Source of the DNA: a virus
Lineage: Duplodnaviria > Caudoviricetes
Strand: one strand, 5' to 3'
Length of the DNA: 64,000 nt
IMG/VR virus record: IMGVR_UViG_3300028833_000101
Coordinates: 32,001 to 96,000 of that record
Made by a program: the position numbers and the translations under genes. Positions within the stretch are counted from its first letter, which is position 1. Each line of letters starts with the position of its first letter. Under the pieces are notes generated by a model. That model ran no database searches. It was not told the origin of the DNA and worked only from the letters and a program-made list of their open reading frames with translations. Below, one piece after another: positions 24,033 to 35,458 of the stretch.

Positions 24033-27000
24033 ATGGCAGACTATTTAATTAAAAACCAATATGTTCCAAGTAAATATATTAAAGTATTTCCTTGTAGCTA
24101 TAGAGGTCTATATGAAAATGCACTAACAGGCCAAAAGTATGCATTCGACCCAGAATCAAGACTATTGTCTGAAGCTAACCTAAGAAATCTTCCTGGTAAT
24201 GTTGGTGGCAGAGATAGTTATATTATAGACTATACCTCAGATAAAACTTTAAAATGTGTTATTGGTGGATATTATTTTGAAATTTATCAGATTGAATTAA
24301 GTGATTTAGTTCAGGGCGATAATCCAAGATTTCTTTATATTAAGACTGTTAATGTTCCACTTAAAGAAAATGATGATGGTGCCATCAATATTGATAGTGA
24401 TAGAAAAACTACTAGATTAGCAAGCTTTTCTTCAGATAGTGCAGACTTAGATGATAATGATGGTGGTCAAAGTGACTATTACTTTACTGGATTAGTCTGT
24501 CGTTTAGCATCACAAGCTCCTGAATATACTGCAATGCTTCAACCAGTGATTATTAAAGATGGTGAACCAGTTTTAAATAAAGATGCCCGTTTACCAATTT
24601 TATACTCTGGTAACGGAACACCATCAGTAAGAATAAATAATACTGTCAGTGCTGATGGTCAATATAGCTTAGCTCAAGGCATTAGCACAAAAGCATCAGG
24701 AGTTGGCGCCCATGCTGAAGGCCAATTAGCTAATGCTAAAGCAGATTATTCTCACGCAGAAGGTTATGATACTACAGCAAATGGTAAATGGTCTCATACA
24801 GAAGGCCTTAATGCTACAACAACTGCTAATGGTGAATATGCTCATGCAGAAGGTGAAAAAACAGAGGCACAAAAGAAAGCCTCCCACGCTGAAGGTTATA
24901 TTACAAAAGCAAGAGGTGATTATGCGCACACTGAAGGTTTTAGAACAGAAGCTACTGCTGAAGCTGCTCATGCTGAAGGCCTAGGATTAGATGATGCTAC
25001 TAAAACAATTGCATCTGGCAGAGGCGCACATGCTGAAGGTGAAAGTACTCGTGCAAATGCTGTTGCTTCTCATACTGAGGGTAAGAATACTCAGGTTGAT
25101 GCAAATTATGCTCATACTGAAGGTATAGATACATTAGCTACTGGTGAAGGTGCTCATGCTGAAGGTCACTATACTGAAGCAAGAGGTGCATATTCTCATG
25201 CTGAAGGTGAAGGCACAAACCAAAATCCAAGAAAAAGAGTTATTGCATCTGGACATGGTGCACATGCTGAAGGTAAATGAACTGAGGCCAGTGGTGCAAA
25301 TTCACATGCTGAAGGTAATGGCACAACTGCTAGTAATGATGCTGCACACTCTGAAGGTTTAAATACAACTGCCTCTGGCAAATATTCACATGCTGAAGGT
25401 AAAGAAACAGTTGCTTCTGGTGATTATTCACATGCAGGTGGTATTGGCACAAAAGCAAGTAGAGAAGGTCAAACTACTGTTGGTAAATATAATAAAGAAG
25501 ACGATGGTGAATTTATTGTTGGTATTGGTACTGGCAATGCTGCAAATTCTAGAAAAAATGCAGTTGTTGTGAATGGGGCCACTACTAAAATTTGTAATAC
25601 ATTAGAAGTTAAGAATGATAGTGGAACTACTACATTTACTACAAGCCCAGATCAAACAAATATTACTACAGCAACCAACAATATTTCTGGTGCTACAAAT
25701 ACAATTGATGGAACTGCAAGCACATCAATTAATGTTAATAAAGTTGAGAAAGTAAAAGTAGAAGCAACTACAACTACTCTTAAAAATACTGCTTTAAATA
25801 CTTCTGCTACAACTACTTCTATTAAGTGTGGAGACACTGAAAAAATAGGCATTACTACGGATACAACAACAATTAGTGGCACAACAGTTGCAGTTAAGAA
25901 TTCTGAAGACCATAAAATTGAAATAAATAATACTGCAACTAATATTTATGGAAAGGTAAATATTTTGGGCAATGCTGTTACAACTGGAAGTATTACCAGC
26001 AGAGATGGTAATATTATTATCGGAGACGGCACAGGCAAAAATTGTGCAATCACTTATGCTGATAAATTTGAGTCAAAACAAGTATTAGCTCTCAGAACAT
26101 CTGCTCTAGACCCAGATGGAAATCCAGCAAATGGTGCAACAACCACTGCTAACTGAGGCTGTGGACTTATCCTTGGTGGAGATGGTACAACTGTAATTAA
26201 AGGGGGAGAAGCTGGTACTACTAATGATTATTTTACAAATACTATTACTAATTGAAATAATGAAAAAATTTATCTTGTTGCTGATGGTGGTATCGAGCTC
26301 AAATCTAATACTCAAGAAGGCGCAAGTAAGGCTAAAACTTGATATTTTAATAATGATGGAACATTAGTTTGCCCAGGCCCAATTAATGGTAGAATTGCTT
26401 ATACTGTTACTAATGGTGATGCCTCTGATGTTGTTAATATTACTATGGGTAATAATGATGTCTTTAGAATTAGAGGCTATGGCAAAGATGACGTATCATA
26501 TTTAGAAATTGCGACAGCAGACAATGGTAATGAAGCTATTCACTTCCGTCAATATCAATATAAAGAAAATGAAAGTCCTTGGGCAGTTGTTGCACATGAA
26601 TTTACTGCATTAGATACTGATGGTAAAACTAAGGCAAATGACTTAGTAGTTAATGAAAGCTTTAATTTTGCTAATAATAAAGTATACTTTAATAAAACAA
26701 ATACTAGTGCTAGTGGCACATTTAATGTTAATAATAAAATGTGTATTCATGATACTGGCTATATCTATACTCAAGATTCTATTAAAGCTGATGAAAACAT
26801 TGAAGCTTTAAAAACTATTAAAGCAAAAACATTTAATGCTACTTCTGATGCAAGATTAAAAGAAAATATTAAAAAGTTCGAACCATCTAAATCAATCTTA
26901 GACCTTCCAGTTTATAAATATGATTTTATTGATGGACCAAAAAATCAAATAGGATGTTTAGCTCAAGACCTTGAAGAAATCTGTCCTGAAATTGTTGATA

Positions 27001-27107
27001 AAGATAAAGATGGTTATCTAACAATTCAAGAAAGTAAGCTTGTTTATCTATTACTTGAAGAAGTTAAAGCTCTTAAAGCTGAAATTAAAGAATTAAAAAA
27101 TAAATAA
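24033..27107 (+). CDS. Tail fibre with HAEG (YadA/Hep-Hag-like) repeats and C-terminal S74 chaperone (1024 aa, code 4)
   Basis: One frame with 4 TGA. About 16 HAEG-type repeats, then SDARLKENI..IGCLAQDLE. Confidence 0.88.
24711..25440 (+). repeat. Degenerate ~42 bp coding tandem repeat (catgctgaaggt core; HAEGxxTxAxG)
   Basis: Visible in both DNA and protein. Confidence 0.85.
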
Positions 27108-27124
27108 ATCGTATAATATAATAT

Positions 27125-27469
27125 ATGAATTTTGATAAATTATTAGAAGATTTTTTACGCTTACCACAAACTTTAGAAGAAGCTATTGAATATGTAAAAA
27201 ATAATCCAGTAATGAATGCCACAATTGAAGACCTTGCTTTTAAACAAACTGTTATCAATGTGTTAATTCTTGCTGGGCTTGTTTCTGAAAATGATTTTAA
27301 TGCTTCTGTTGAGCATTTTAAAAATCAACTTTATGAAGACTTTGGAAAAGAACTATTACGTGAATCAGTTGAAGTCGAAGCAAAAGAAAAGCAACTTGAA
27401 GAAGAATCTGATATAGATACTGATTGGGATGATGAGCTTCCTCCTGGTAAAAAATACTACGATGCTTAA
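27125..27469 (+). CDS. Hypothetical acidic protein, probably leaderless
   Basis: Intact ORF. TATAAT at 27112-27117 lies 7 nt before ATG and there is no SD. Confidence 0.7.
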   Translation: MNFDKLLEDFLRLPQTLEEAIEYVKNNPVMNATIEDLAFKQTVINVLILAGLVSENDFNASVEHFKNQLYEDFGKELLRESVEVEAKEKQLEEESDIDTDWDDELPPGKKYYDA

Positions 27470-27492
27470 AGAACCTTATAGGTTCTTTTTTT
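27468..27492 (+). terminator. Rho-independent terminator
   Basis: AAAGAACC-TTATA-GGTTCTTT plus Ts. Confidence 0.8.
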
Positions 27493-27507
27493 ATTGCTTT
27501 ATTATAT

Positions 27508-27518
27508 TTGCTAAATTA
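27508..27518 (+). promoter_or_regulatory. Putative late promoter TTGCTAAATTA
   Basis: Upstream of the acidic polyprotein gene. Confidence 0.75.
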
Positions 27519-27551
27519 TTTGATGATCTGATTTAAAGGAGAATAAATCAA

Positions 27552-30404
27552 ATGACCGAATTTAAATATTGTGTATATTGTGAAGAAGAGCCAGCCATCT
27601 GTTTTGAAAGTGAGGCCGAAGCTATGAAATTTGCTCGTGAGGATACAAGTATGTATAATAGTGTTAGAGTTGAAAAATCTGAAATAGACGAAGATGGTGA
27701 TGTCTTAAATACTGAAGTTCTTTGAACTGCTAGTGGTAATAATGTTCCAGAAAAAGAAATAGTTCCTGAGAATGAATTTGAGACAGAATTTCCAGAATCT
27801 GATATTGCTAATATTGACACTTCAGATGATGTAGATTATGATGAACTTGCAAGACAGTATGCAGAAGACCCAGCTGATTGAATTGATGATAATAAATTAA
27901 TTAAAGAAGCTGTTGATGTTCTAGAAGAAAATGAAGATGAAGTTGAATGCAAAGTTTGTTTTGAGCTTGGTCCTAAAGCTGAAATGAAAAAATTAGATAT
28001 TGGTTATGTTTGTCCAAAATGTGCACAAGAATTACAATCACATCAAGGCACAAATTTAGATTTACTTGATAATGACCCATTTAGTCTAGATTATGAAGAC
28101 CCAAGAGACTTTGATGAACCTGAAGAGGAAGAAGTCAAAGAAGAACCTGTCAATGGCACTGAGATGAGAAAACATGAAAAAGCAATCGAAGAAGAGCTAA
28201 AAGTTATTATAGATTTTAGTGAATATAAACCTTGGTCTGGTGCTGTTGATACTTATGAATTAATAAAAGATGCTGATAAATTAGATGAACTTGAAGCTTA
28301 TCTTGAAGAATGTTACCCAGAGGGAGTTACCGCCGGAACAATTAATGATATTCTTTGGTTTGACAGTGAAGAAATTTTAAAATATCTTGGACTTGGCGAC
28401 GTTGAAGAAGATGAAGAAGAAGTTGATGAATCATTAAATGAAGAAGAAACTTTTAAGCAAGGTTTTGATTCTTATAATGCTTATGGAGAAAAAGTCGAAG
28501 AAAATTTAGAAGAAAAAGTTGACTTACCAGCATTTGATAGTGATGTAAAAGTTGGTGATAAAATTAGAATTATTCATTTAGAAGGTGAAGATAATTCTTA
28601 TGATGGAAAAGAAGGTGAAGTCACTAATATCGATTCTATTGGACAACTTCATGGAACTTGAGGCGGATTAGCTGTTATCCCAGGTGTTGATCAATTTGAA
28701 GCTGTTATTGAAGAGCATGTTAATGATAGACCAGCTGATATTGAAAGCGACCAAGTTTTACAAGGTGCTGATAATGCAGTAGTTGATTGCGATGTTGCAA
28801 AAGTAATTGCACATAGTGAAGATGAAAAACCATTAGACTGCAAAATGGAAAAGCCTGCTTTAGAAGAACCATTAGCTGGTGAAGAAGTTAAACCTGACCT
28901 AGTTGAAGCTAAAAAAGATGATGAGTTACCTGTTGACCCAGAAGCTGCTAAACTTGAAGTTCATACAATGTTAAATGATTTGGTGGCAGATGAAATCGAA
29001 GCTATCAATGGTTATGAAGAAGCTAAGAAAGAAATTCTTGATACTCCAATTGCTCATAAAGATAATATTTTAGATACTATCGACCACGTTGAAGATGAAG
29101 AAAAAGAACATGTTGATGAATTAATTAGCGCAACAACTGAAATTCCATTTGATAAAGAAGAAGCTCCAGCTCCAGTAGTTGAAGAACCTGTAGTTAAAGA
29201 AGAACCACTTGATCAAGAATTTCCAGAAGTTGATGAAAACTTAGAAGAAGAAGTATCGGAAGATAAATTTGCTGAGGTAGAAGCCTATTTAAAAAATGCA
29301 GATAGAGGCTCTATCGATTTTGAATGGGAGACCGATGAAGATATCTGTAATGGCTCAATTCTTTGAAATGAAAAGAAAGAAAGATTTGAAGCTGGCTTAA
29401 GCATTTATCATGCCAGTGAAGATAATAATGCAGAATACCCAGAAATGCACACTGATGAAGAAGATGCATCTGCTAAAACTATTAAAGAGCTATATAAATT
29501 ATTAGTCGATGATTATGGTGAAGAATTTAAAAACGCTTTTGAAGATGCAATAAATCATAAAGAGTTAACTGAAGAAAAAGCCAAACCAGAAGGCAACAAA
29601 GTTCTTAGCTATAATAAAGCATTGGCTATCGCAAATTCTGAAGGAAAACCTGTTATTTATGGTTATACAAACACTTCTTATAATGGAAAATACTTTGAAG
29701 TAGACCCAATTGTTTGTAATAGTGTAAGTGATGAAACTAAAAAATTTAAACAACAATATAAGAGCGCTGGAACAGTCTATGTAGCATACCCAGGCAAAAG
29801 CTTTATTGAAAGCTTAAGAGAAGCTGCCAATGTAGACTATGTTGAATATATGCATTCTTATTGCAATGCTCTTGAACCACATATGGACGAGCTTAAAAAA
29901 ATTGAAGATGTCGAAGAACTTAAAAAAGCAATCTTAGATATTGTCAATAAAGACCCAGATGTTAATACTACTGAAAAGAAAAATAAATTTGTCTGGCTAA
30001 TTAAGAATAAAAAATGGGGTTCTACTAAGAGTATTATGAAATACCTAGAAAAAGCAATGAATAAAGCTAAAGGTATTGAAGTTAAAGTTGATGACAATGG
30101 TGAGCTTATTAAAGAAGATATTGAAGAAGCTGACCCAAAAGAAACACAATTTGTTTTCACACCAGAAGAACAAGCAGAATATAATTGTGACGAAGATGGT
30201 AACTGTGAAGATGGCTATGACCAATTATGCCATTGTGGTTGGTGTGGTGAAGTATTCCCTACAAGTGAAATGCGCCATGAAGTTGACTTTGGCTGAATTT
30301 GTTCTAGATGTGAAGACGAATTAAAATCACATGGTGGTCCACTTACATTTATTGAAGAAGCAGTCGAAAAGAAAGACCCTAAAGATGCTACTAAAGAAGC
30401 TTAA
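27552..30404 (+). CDS. Acidic multi-domain protein (950 aa, code 4): Zn ribbons, DUF4314-like and ferritin-like modules; candidate internal head polyprotein
   Basis: One frame with 5 TGA. CxxC pairs; GDKIRII..GQLHGT(W)GGLAVIPG; DEIEAINGY..EEKEH; many L/I-x-E sites. Confidence 0.75.
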
Positions 30405-30415
30405 GGAGCTGTAAA

Positions 30416-31012
30416 ATGATTAAGACAGACTTTATTAATTTATATGAAGAATTAAATCAACTTAATGAAACATACTGCTTAGAACTTGATGGATATAAAG
30501 TTGGTGATTTAGTTGAATATAAACGTATTAATCCTGAGCACAAAATCGGAGAAGATGATTATAAATTAGCCCATGGTATGATATTAGATGTCTGGCCAGA
30601 AGATGAAAATCATAATCATACTATTGGCATATTTCAATTAGATAGTTGGGGTGCATATGACACTCCATCAAAAAATATTACTAAAAAAATAAGTATAACA
30701 GATTTAACATCTGAAGAAAAAAATATTTATAATAAAGCTAAAAAATTTGCAGATGATAGAATTAAAGAATTGGGCGGAAACAGCACTGCAGTAAAAGATG
30801 AAAATAAATCTGATACTAAACAAAAAGCTGCTCAGTTATCTAAAAAGATTATAAAAGCTTTTAAAGATGCTGGACTTGCAACCGATGAGCTAATTGTTAA
30901 AAATGGTGTTGGCAAAACTAAAGCTTCTGCAAAGCTAAAAAAATTAAAACAAAGTTTATTTGGTGAAAGCCTTGAAGAAGACTTTGAAGAAGAAATAGAT
31001 TTAGACGAATAA
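30416..31012 (+). CDS. Hypothetical protein, candidate internal head protein
   Basis: Starts FINLYEELNQLNE and ends SLEEDFEEE. SH3/KOW-like YKVGDLV segment. Confidence 0.65.
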   Translation: MIKTDFINLYEELNQLNETYCLELDGYKVGDLVEYKRINPEHKIGEDDYKLAHGMILDVWPEDENHNHTIGIFQLDSWGAYDTPSKNITKKISITDLTSEEKNIYNKAKKFADDRIKELGGNSTAVKDENKSDTKQKAAQLSKKIIKAFKDAGLATDELIVKNGVGKTKASAKLKKLKQSLFGESLEEDFEEEIDLDE

Positions 31013-31029
31013 ATATTGTATATTATAAC

Positions 31030-31140
31030 GAGCGAACATAAAGCATTAAGGAGATAAGCCCCAGCTTAATACCTAATGCGAACTCATTTTAATAGAAGTG
31101 CTCAAGAGCCTGATAGAACTGGTGGAGAGTGCTGAGCAAC
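31030..31140 (+). promoter_or_regulatory. Structured 5' leader (two compound hairpins)
   Basis: Pairings GCATTA/TAATGC, TAAGC/GCTTA and TGCTCA/TGAGCA, following a TTGTATATT -10-like box. Confidence 0.5.
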
Positions 31141-31165
31141 TAAATAGAATTAGGAGATATTAATA

Positions 31166-31642
31166 ATGAAGTATTACTCAGAAGTACTCGATAAAGTTTT
31201 CGAGACAGAAAAAGAATTAAAAGCTGCTGAAAAAGCAGATGCCGATGAAAAGGCAAAAAAAGAAGAAGCTAAAGCTTTAGTTAAGAAAGAATCAACAGAA
31301 GTTGAAGACTCCTTCAAAGCAAGAAATGCTGCAAGACATGCTTATAACGAAAAACTCGTTGAGGCAAGAAAAATCTACAATGAAGCTTTAAGAAAAGCTA
31401 AAGATGAATTTGAGGCTAGCTTAAAAGAATCAACAGAAGCTTTAGAAAAAGCTGAAGCTGATTATGACACTAGACTTAAAGCTTTCCAAAAAGCCCATCC
31501 AGAAGGTTATCACATTACGCTTAAAGATGGTGATAATGTTGTAACTTATACAAACAATCCAGGCGATTATCAAGTTAGAAATATAGAGAAAGAATTTGAC
31601 GATATGTTAAATATGTTCTCTAACTTACTTAGACGCTGGTAA
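31166..31642 (+). CDS. Coiled-coil hypothetical protein
   Basis: Intact ORF with AGGAG RBS; rich in K, E and A. Confidence 0.8.
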   Translation: MKYYSEVLDKVFETEKELKAAEKADADEKAKKEEAKALVKKESTEVEDSFKARNAARHAYNEKLVEARKIYNEALRKAKDEFEASLKESTEALEKAEADYDTRLKAFQKAHPEGYHITLKDGDNVVTYTNNPGDYQVRNIEKEFDDMLNMFSNLLRRW

Positions 31643-31680
31643 TTAGCTTCTAAATTCTGGGGCTTAACTAAATAAAATTA

Positions 31681-31853
31681 TTATTCGCCCGAGCAGTACG
31701 ACTTATTGCCAAAGTATCCGTGTTCGTAATGTTAACTAAAATAGCGCGAGAAACAGCAATAAGCAAAAAGGGTAGAAACTATACTTATTTCTAAAGACTT
31801 ATTTATTCTAAACAAAGAGAATAATTGGCTGCGCTATTAGTTAGTTCGAATAA
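31681..31853 (+). ncRNA. Putative pseudoknotted structured RNA
   Basis: Multiple nested stems plus 8-nt complementarity between a loop (31702-09) and a downstream segment (31756-63). No ORF. Confidence 0.6.
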
Positions 31854-31878
31854 ATATAAAAATATTGTATAATATTAT

Positions 31879-31990
31879 GTGAGCGTAATAGCTCATGAAG
31901 TTCATAGTAGCGCTAAGGTAAAACTTAGCATCCTCCCTTCAACAGCAGCTTATCACAATTCCTCCTGGTATGTTGCTGTTTTTCTTTTTT
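31879..31990 (+). ncRNA. Putative sRNA with anti-SD motifs
   Basis: TATAAT at 31868-73, three hairpins, TCCTCCCTTC linker, TTCCTCC loop and a terminator T run. Confidence 0.7.
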
Positions 31991-32002
31991 GCTAAATTAA
32001 AT

Positions 32003-32056
32003 GGTCGGTCAAATAGCGCCATCACCTTCGCCACAGCTAAGTTGACCGGCTTTTTT
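32003..32056 (+). ncRNA. Putative late-promoter mini hairpin RNA
   Basis: TTGCTAAATTA at 31989, then GGTCGGTCAA...TTGACCGGC plus T6. The loop contains GCCATCACCT. Confidence 0.55.
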
Positions 32057-32070
32057 ATTACTTAATTAAA

Positions 32071-32081
32071 TTGCTAAATTA
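32071..32081 (+). promoter_or_regulatory. Putative late promoter TTGCTAAATTA
   Basis: Head of the paralog array. Confidence 0.75.
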
Positions 32082-32098
32082 TACGATAGGCAAAAATT

Positions 32099-32485
32099 AT
32101 GTTAAGGTGAAAAGATATTCAAGTATATGCAGATGAGGCAATTACGCGCTTTACAAATATGTATAGAAACATTAGCCTTATTGGGGCCGGGCTTGCTCCG
32201 AATAGCCCAGATAAGTATTTAATTTATCTTGATGATAAAAAATTAGCTGGAACCTTTAAAGTAATTATTACTGAAGAATTTTTAAATGGCCAAACACAGA
32301 CAATTGATTTAGCTGCAAAGATTCCAAGTAGTTTTCCAGAAGAGAAAAAAGTTGTATTAAGAATTGCTTATGCTATTTTAGTTGCTTGACAACGACACTT
32401 TATTGAAGCCTATAAACAAGTTGCACCAAATAAGTATGATGTAACTTTTGCTAATGCTAAAAATTGATATGATGGTTTAAAATAA
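32099..32485 (+). CDS. LRxAY-family paralog 1 (code 4)
   Basis: 3 TGA, the first at codon 4. KKVVLRIAYAIL. Confidence 0.75.
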
Positions 32486-32486
32486 T

Positions 32487-32828
32487 ATGGCAAGATATAG
32501 TTTACAAGATGCACGTAGATATATAGTTCAAGCTTTTATGAGACTTAATAAAGCTCGTGGCTTAAATTTAGCTTTACTTGACTTAGAATATGCAGACTTA
32601 ATGGGTTGGGATTTTATTAAAGCTCATATGTATGATAAGACAACACAAACTAAATTTGATAGTATGCTTAATGAATTTATATTTACCAGAGAAGATACTA
32701 TGACAAATTTAGATACACAAGCTAAAATACTTGGAAAAAATCTAAATGAAAGAGAAAGAATTATTTTAAGAGTTGCTTACACTATTTGAAGAGATTGGAA
32801 GGAAACTAGAAATGTTGACGTGGACTAG
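32487..32828 (+). CDS. LRxAY-family paralog 2 (code 4)
   Basis: YIVQAFMRLNKARGLNL...ERIILRVAYTI(W). Extends through TGA 32787 to TAG. Confidence 0.75.
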
Positions 32829-33141
32829 CCAAGACTTAGATGATTTCTGTGAACAAGCCATTAAGCTTTTAAATAAGAAAAAACAATTACAATTAGAATT
32901 AAGAAATTGTTGGCTTTATTCAAATAGCTCTGGCAGTAATTTTCATATTATCTATCATAATAACTTTTTAGATAAAGATTTTCATTTATGTAGAAATGGT
33001 AAAATTTTGCAAGAATTATCACCAGACACCGATAGAGCAGCTGGCTTAAAAGAAGTAGATGATATTAAGTTAAAAATAGTTTTACGTATTGCATATTTTA
33101 TTTATAAAGACTGTCAAAGAGAAATGAAAGAGGATAAATAA
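32812..33141 (+). CDS. LRxAY-family paralog 3
   Basis: FCEQAIKLLNKKKQLQL...KIVLRIAYFIY. ATG 32812 follows GGAAGGA. Confidence 0.75.
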   Translation: MLTWTSQDLDDFCEQAIKLLNKKKQLQLELRNCWLYSNSSGSNFHIIYHNNFLDKDFHLCRNGKILQELSPDTDRAAGLKEVDDIKLKIVLRIAYFIYKDCQREMKEDK

Positions 33142-33668
33142 TGGCTAGAGAAGCATCATTTATGTTTAAAGACCTTGAAGAGCTTGCTCAAATTAAAGCT
33201 GGTGTTTTAAGCTACCTTCAAAGAGATATTGACAAACTATTGAAGACAAAAGACTTAGATGCTGAATTTGTAAATATTGCGACACCTGGAAAATCATGAG
33301 GAAGAACTTGATTACTCTTTAAAGTTTATTATACTAAATTCAAAGATGCAGATGACATGTTAGGAAACTATGAACATGTTTTCTTTGCTTACCCTATTCA
33401 ACAAAACTTATTTACAAGAGATCCCGATTTAATGGACATCTTAGATAGACAAGCTAACATTGCAGGCAGACAAGATAAGTTAAGCGATATTGATTTAGTT
33501 AAAGTTAGAATTCTTTATCATCTATTTTATATTATTAAATGTATTCAAGAAGACAATTTACCTGCAACTATTAAACTTCCTACTAAAAAATATATTGTTG
33601 TTGAATATGCAGATGCTGGAAATTTATTCTATGAGCTAAAAGACCATTTACCTGGAGGCTTTAATTAA
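33141..33668 (+). CDS. LRxAY-family paralog 4 (divergent, code 4)
   Basis: 2 TGA. RDIDKLLKTKDL...LVKVRILYHLFY. Most similar to the 52490 protein. Confidence 0.65.
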
Positions 33669-33669
33669 A

Positions 33670-34014
33670 ATGACAATAACTGAAATTAAAGACCTGTGAC
33701 CAGAATGACGAATTGAATTTGTCTGTGACTATGCTTGTGAAAAACTAAGAAATATTAAAGGTATTAATTTTGTATATCTTAGAAATGAAGGCTGACAAGA
33801 GTGAGTAGATGGGACTGAGTTCTATATACCAATTATTTTTGAGTATAAAACAAATGGTACATTCTTAAAACTTGAAATTCATCAAGATTTATTTGTAGAA
33901 GAATTTTTAGACTTTGATAAAAAAACTGGTGCTAATAGATTACCAGACATTAGAGATAAAGTAATAGTAAGACTTGCTTGACACTTAAAAGAACGTTTTG
34001 AAGGAAGAAGCTAA
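33670..34014 (+). CDS. LRxAY-family paralog 5 (code 4, 5 TGA; absent from the track)
   Basis: VCDYACEKLRNIKGINF...DKVIVRLA(W)HL. Confidence 0.75.
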
Positions 34015-34015
34015 T

Positions 34016-34765
34016 ATGGGATTGCAACTTGGAATAAATGAATCTTCTAATATTATTCTACAAGCTATTAAAGCAACAGGTGAAAACTTTAATAGAGATT
34101 TTCATCATGTCTATTCTACCCCTGGACATCAAGGCTTTTATACTGAAATAGATGATTTTACTTTAGAGATGAAGCTTCATACAATTTCTAAAGACTATAA
34201 CAAAGATGATCATGTTTTTAATTTAAATATTCCATATGAGTATTTTAATGATGATCAACTCCCTGGTGATACTCAGCTTGGAATAAAACTTACAGATCAT
34301 ACTGAAGTAAAAGCTGAAATAAGATGTATGGGTCTAATCGCAAAAACATATGAAGCTTGGATTAAAGACCATGAAGTTTTTACTATAAATGATTTAAGAA
34401 AAATTATTAATGATGCTTTAGATAGACTAAGAAAAATTAAAAAGTTAGATTTAATGGTTCGTGGAGATAAAGGTGAATTAGCTGAAAAGTATATTCAAAT
34501 CTACTTGACAGAAAATCATATTCCAGCAACTGAAGGAAGTGCTCTTGATAGATTTTTTCCAGTTGAATTACATATCTATGACTACTATACTGATGTAGGA
34601 AATCATATAGTTGATGGCTCAATTGGTGAAGCTAATCTTCGTGGAAAAGATAGAAAAGAAATTTGTCTACTAAGAGTTGCATATACTATTTATTCAGAGT
34701 GTATGGGCTGGCTTCATAATAAGTGACCAAAAGTTTATAATAATTATTTAAATGGTAAATTCTAA
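34016..34765 (+). CDS. LRxAY-family paralog 6 (two tandem domains, code 4)
   Basis: IILQAIKA..KAEIRCMG and IINDALDRLRKIKKLDL..ICLLRVAYTIY. TGA at 34724. Confidence 0.72.
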
Positions 34766-35076
34766 TGACTAAAAATGAAAAAGAACAAGTTGTATTAGAG
34801 GCAATTCAACTACTTATAAAAAATAAAGGCCTTAAAATAAAAGTAAATAAGATGTGAGTTGACACTGGCTATTTTAATGTTGAGCTAGAATATACTATTC
34901 ATAATATAACTAAGCTGCAAGACTTTGGTTTTGTTGCTCAATGATTTGATCCAAATTATTTTGAAATATCTTGAGTTAGAGGTTTACAGGTTCCAGCAAA
35001 TGCAACTGATTATCAAAAAGTATTATTAAAACTTGCATATTATTTTTATAAATGATATAAGGAGAAGTGTCAATAA
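34765..35076 (+). CDS. LRxAY-family paralog 7 (code 4, 4 TGA; absent from the track)
   Basis: VVLEAIQLLIKNKGLKI...KVLLKLAYYFY. TAATG coupling at both ends. Confidence 0.75.
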
Positions 35077-35414
35077 TGGATCAAGTAGAAATTGATGGAA
35101 TGCTCCAAGGAGCAAAAGAGTATGATGCCGAAAAATATTTAGCAGAAGCAGCTAAATTACTTTCACGTAATAAAAAATTAAATGTTGAAATAGATGACTG
35201 TGAGTGATACGTTAGTGATATAACTAATCGACTTGTATTAAAAATTTGATATTCAGTTAATAGTCATGATGTATTGCTAAAGGTTGTTGAGTCTCTGTTT
35301 AAAGACTACCAAAGACCTGCTGATGCTGAAATTGGGATTAAACCAGGAATGGAAATGAAACACAAAATTATCCTAAGACTTGCCTATGTATTGTATAAAC
35401 ACAGAGAAGACTAA
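35076..35414 (+). CDS. LRxAY-family paralog 8 (code 4; absent from the track)
   Basis: YLAEAAKLLSRNKKLNV...KIILRLAYVLY. Followed by a terminator at 35405-35429. Confidence 0.75.
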
Positions 35415-35458
35415 AAATCTTCTTTTTTTATCTTCAATAGTTGTATAATATAATAGGT

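Noticed and set aside
24711-25440. CRISPR array
   Set aside because: The repeats are degenerate, in-frame coding units of a fibre protein, and the AT repeats at 56770 and 59110 lack spacers.
31095-31140. Hammerhead ribozyme core (CTGATAGA)
   Set aside because: Imperfect CUGAnGA and no GAAA or stem III partner.
31659-32050. tmRNA or suppressor tRNA-Trp(TCA)
   Set aside because: No T-arm GTTCRA with acceptor stem and CCA, no cloverleaf, and no tag ORF. No tRNA was recognised anywhere in the window by eye; tRNAscan-SE or ARAGORN should confirm.
32003-32056. HDV-like or theta ribozyme (starts GGTCGG, contains GCTAAG)
   Set aside because: The pairing order is a simple hairpin, not the nested double pseudoknot, and there is no upstream tRNA.
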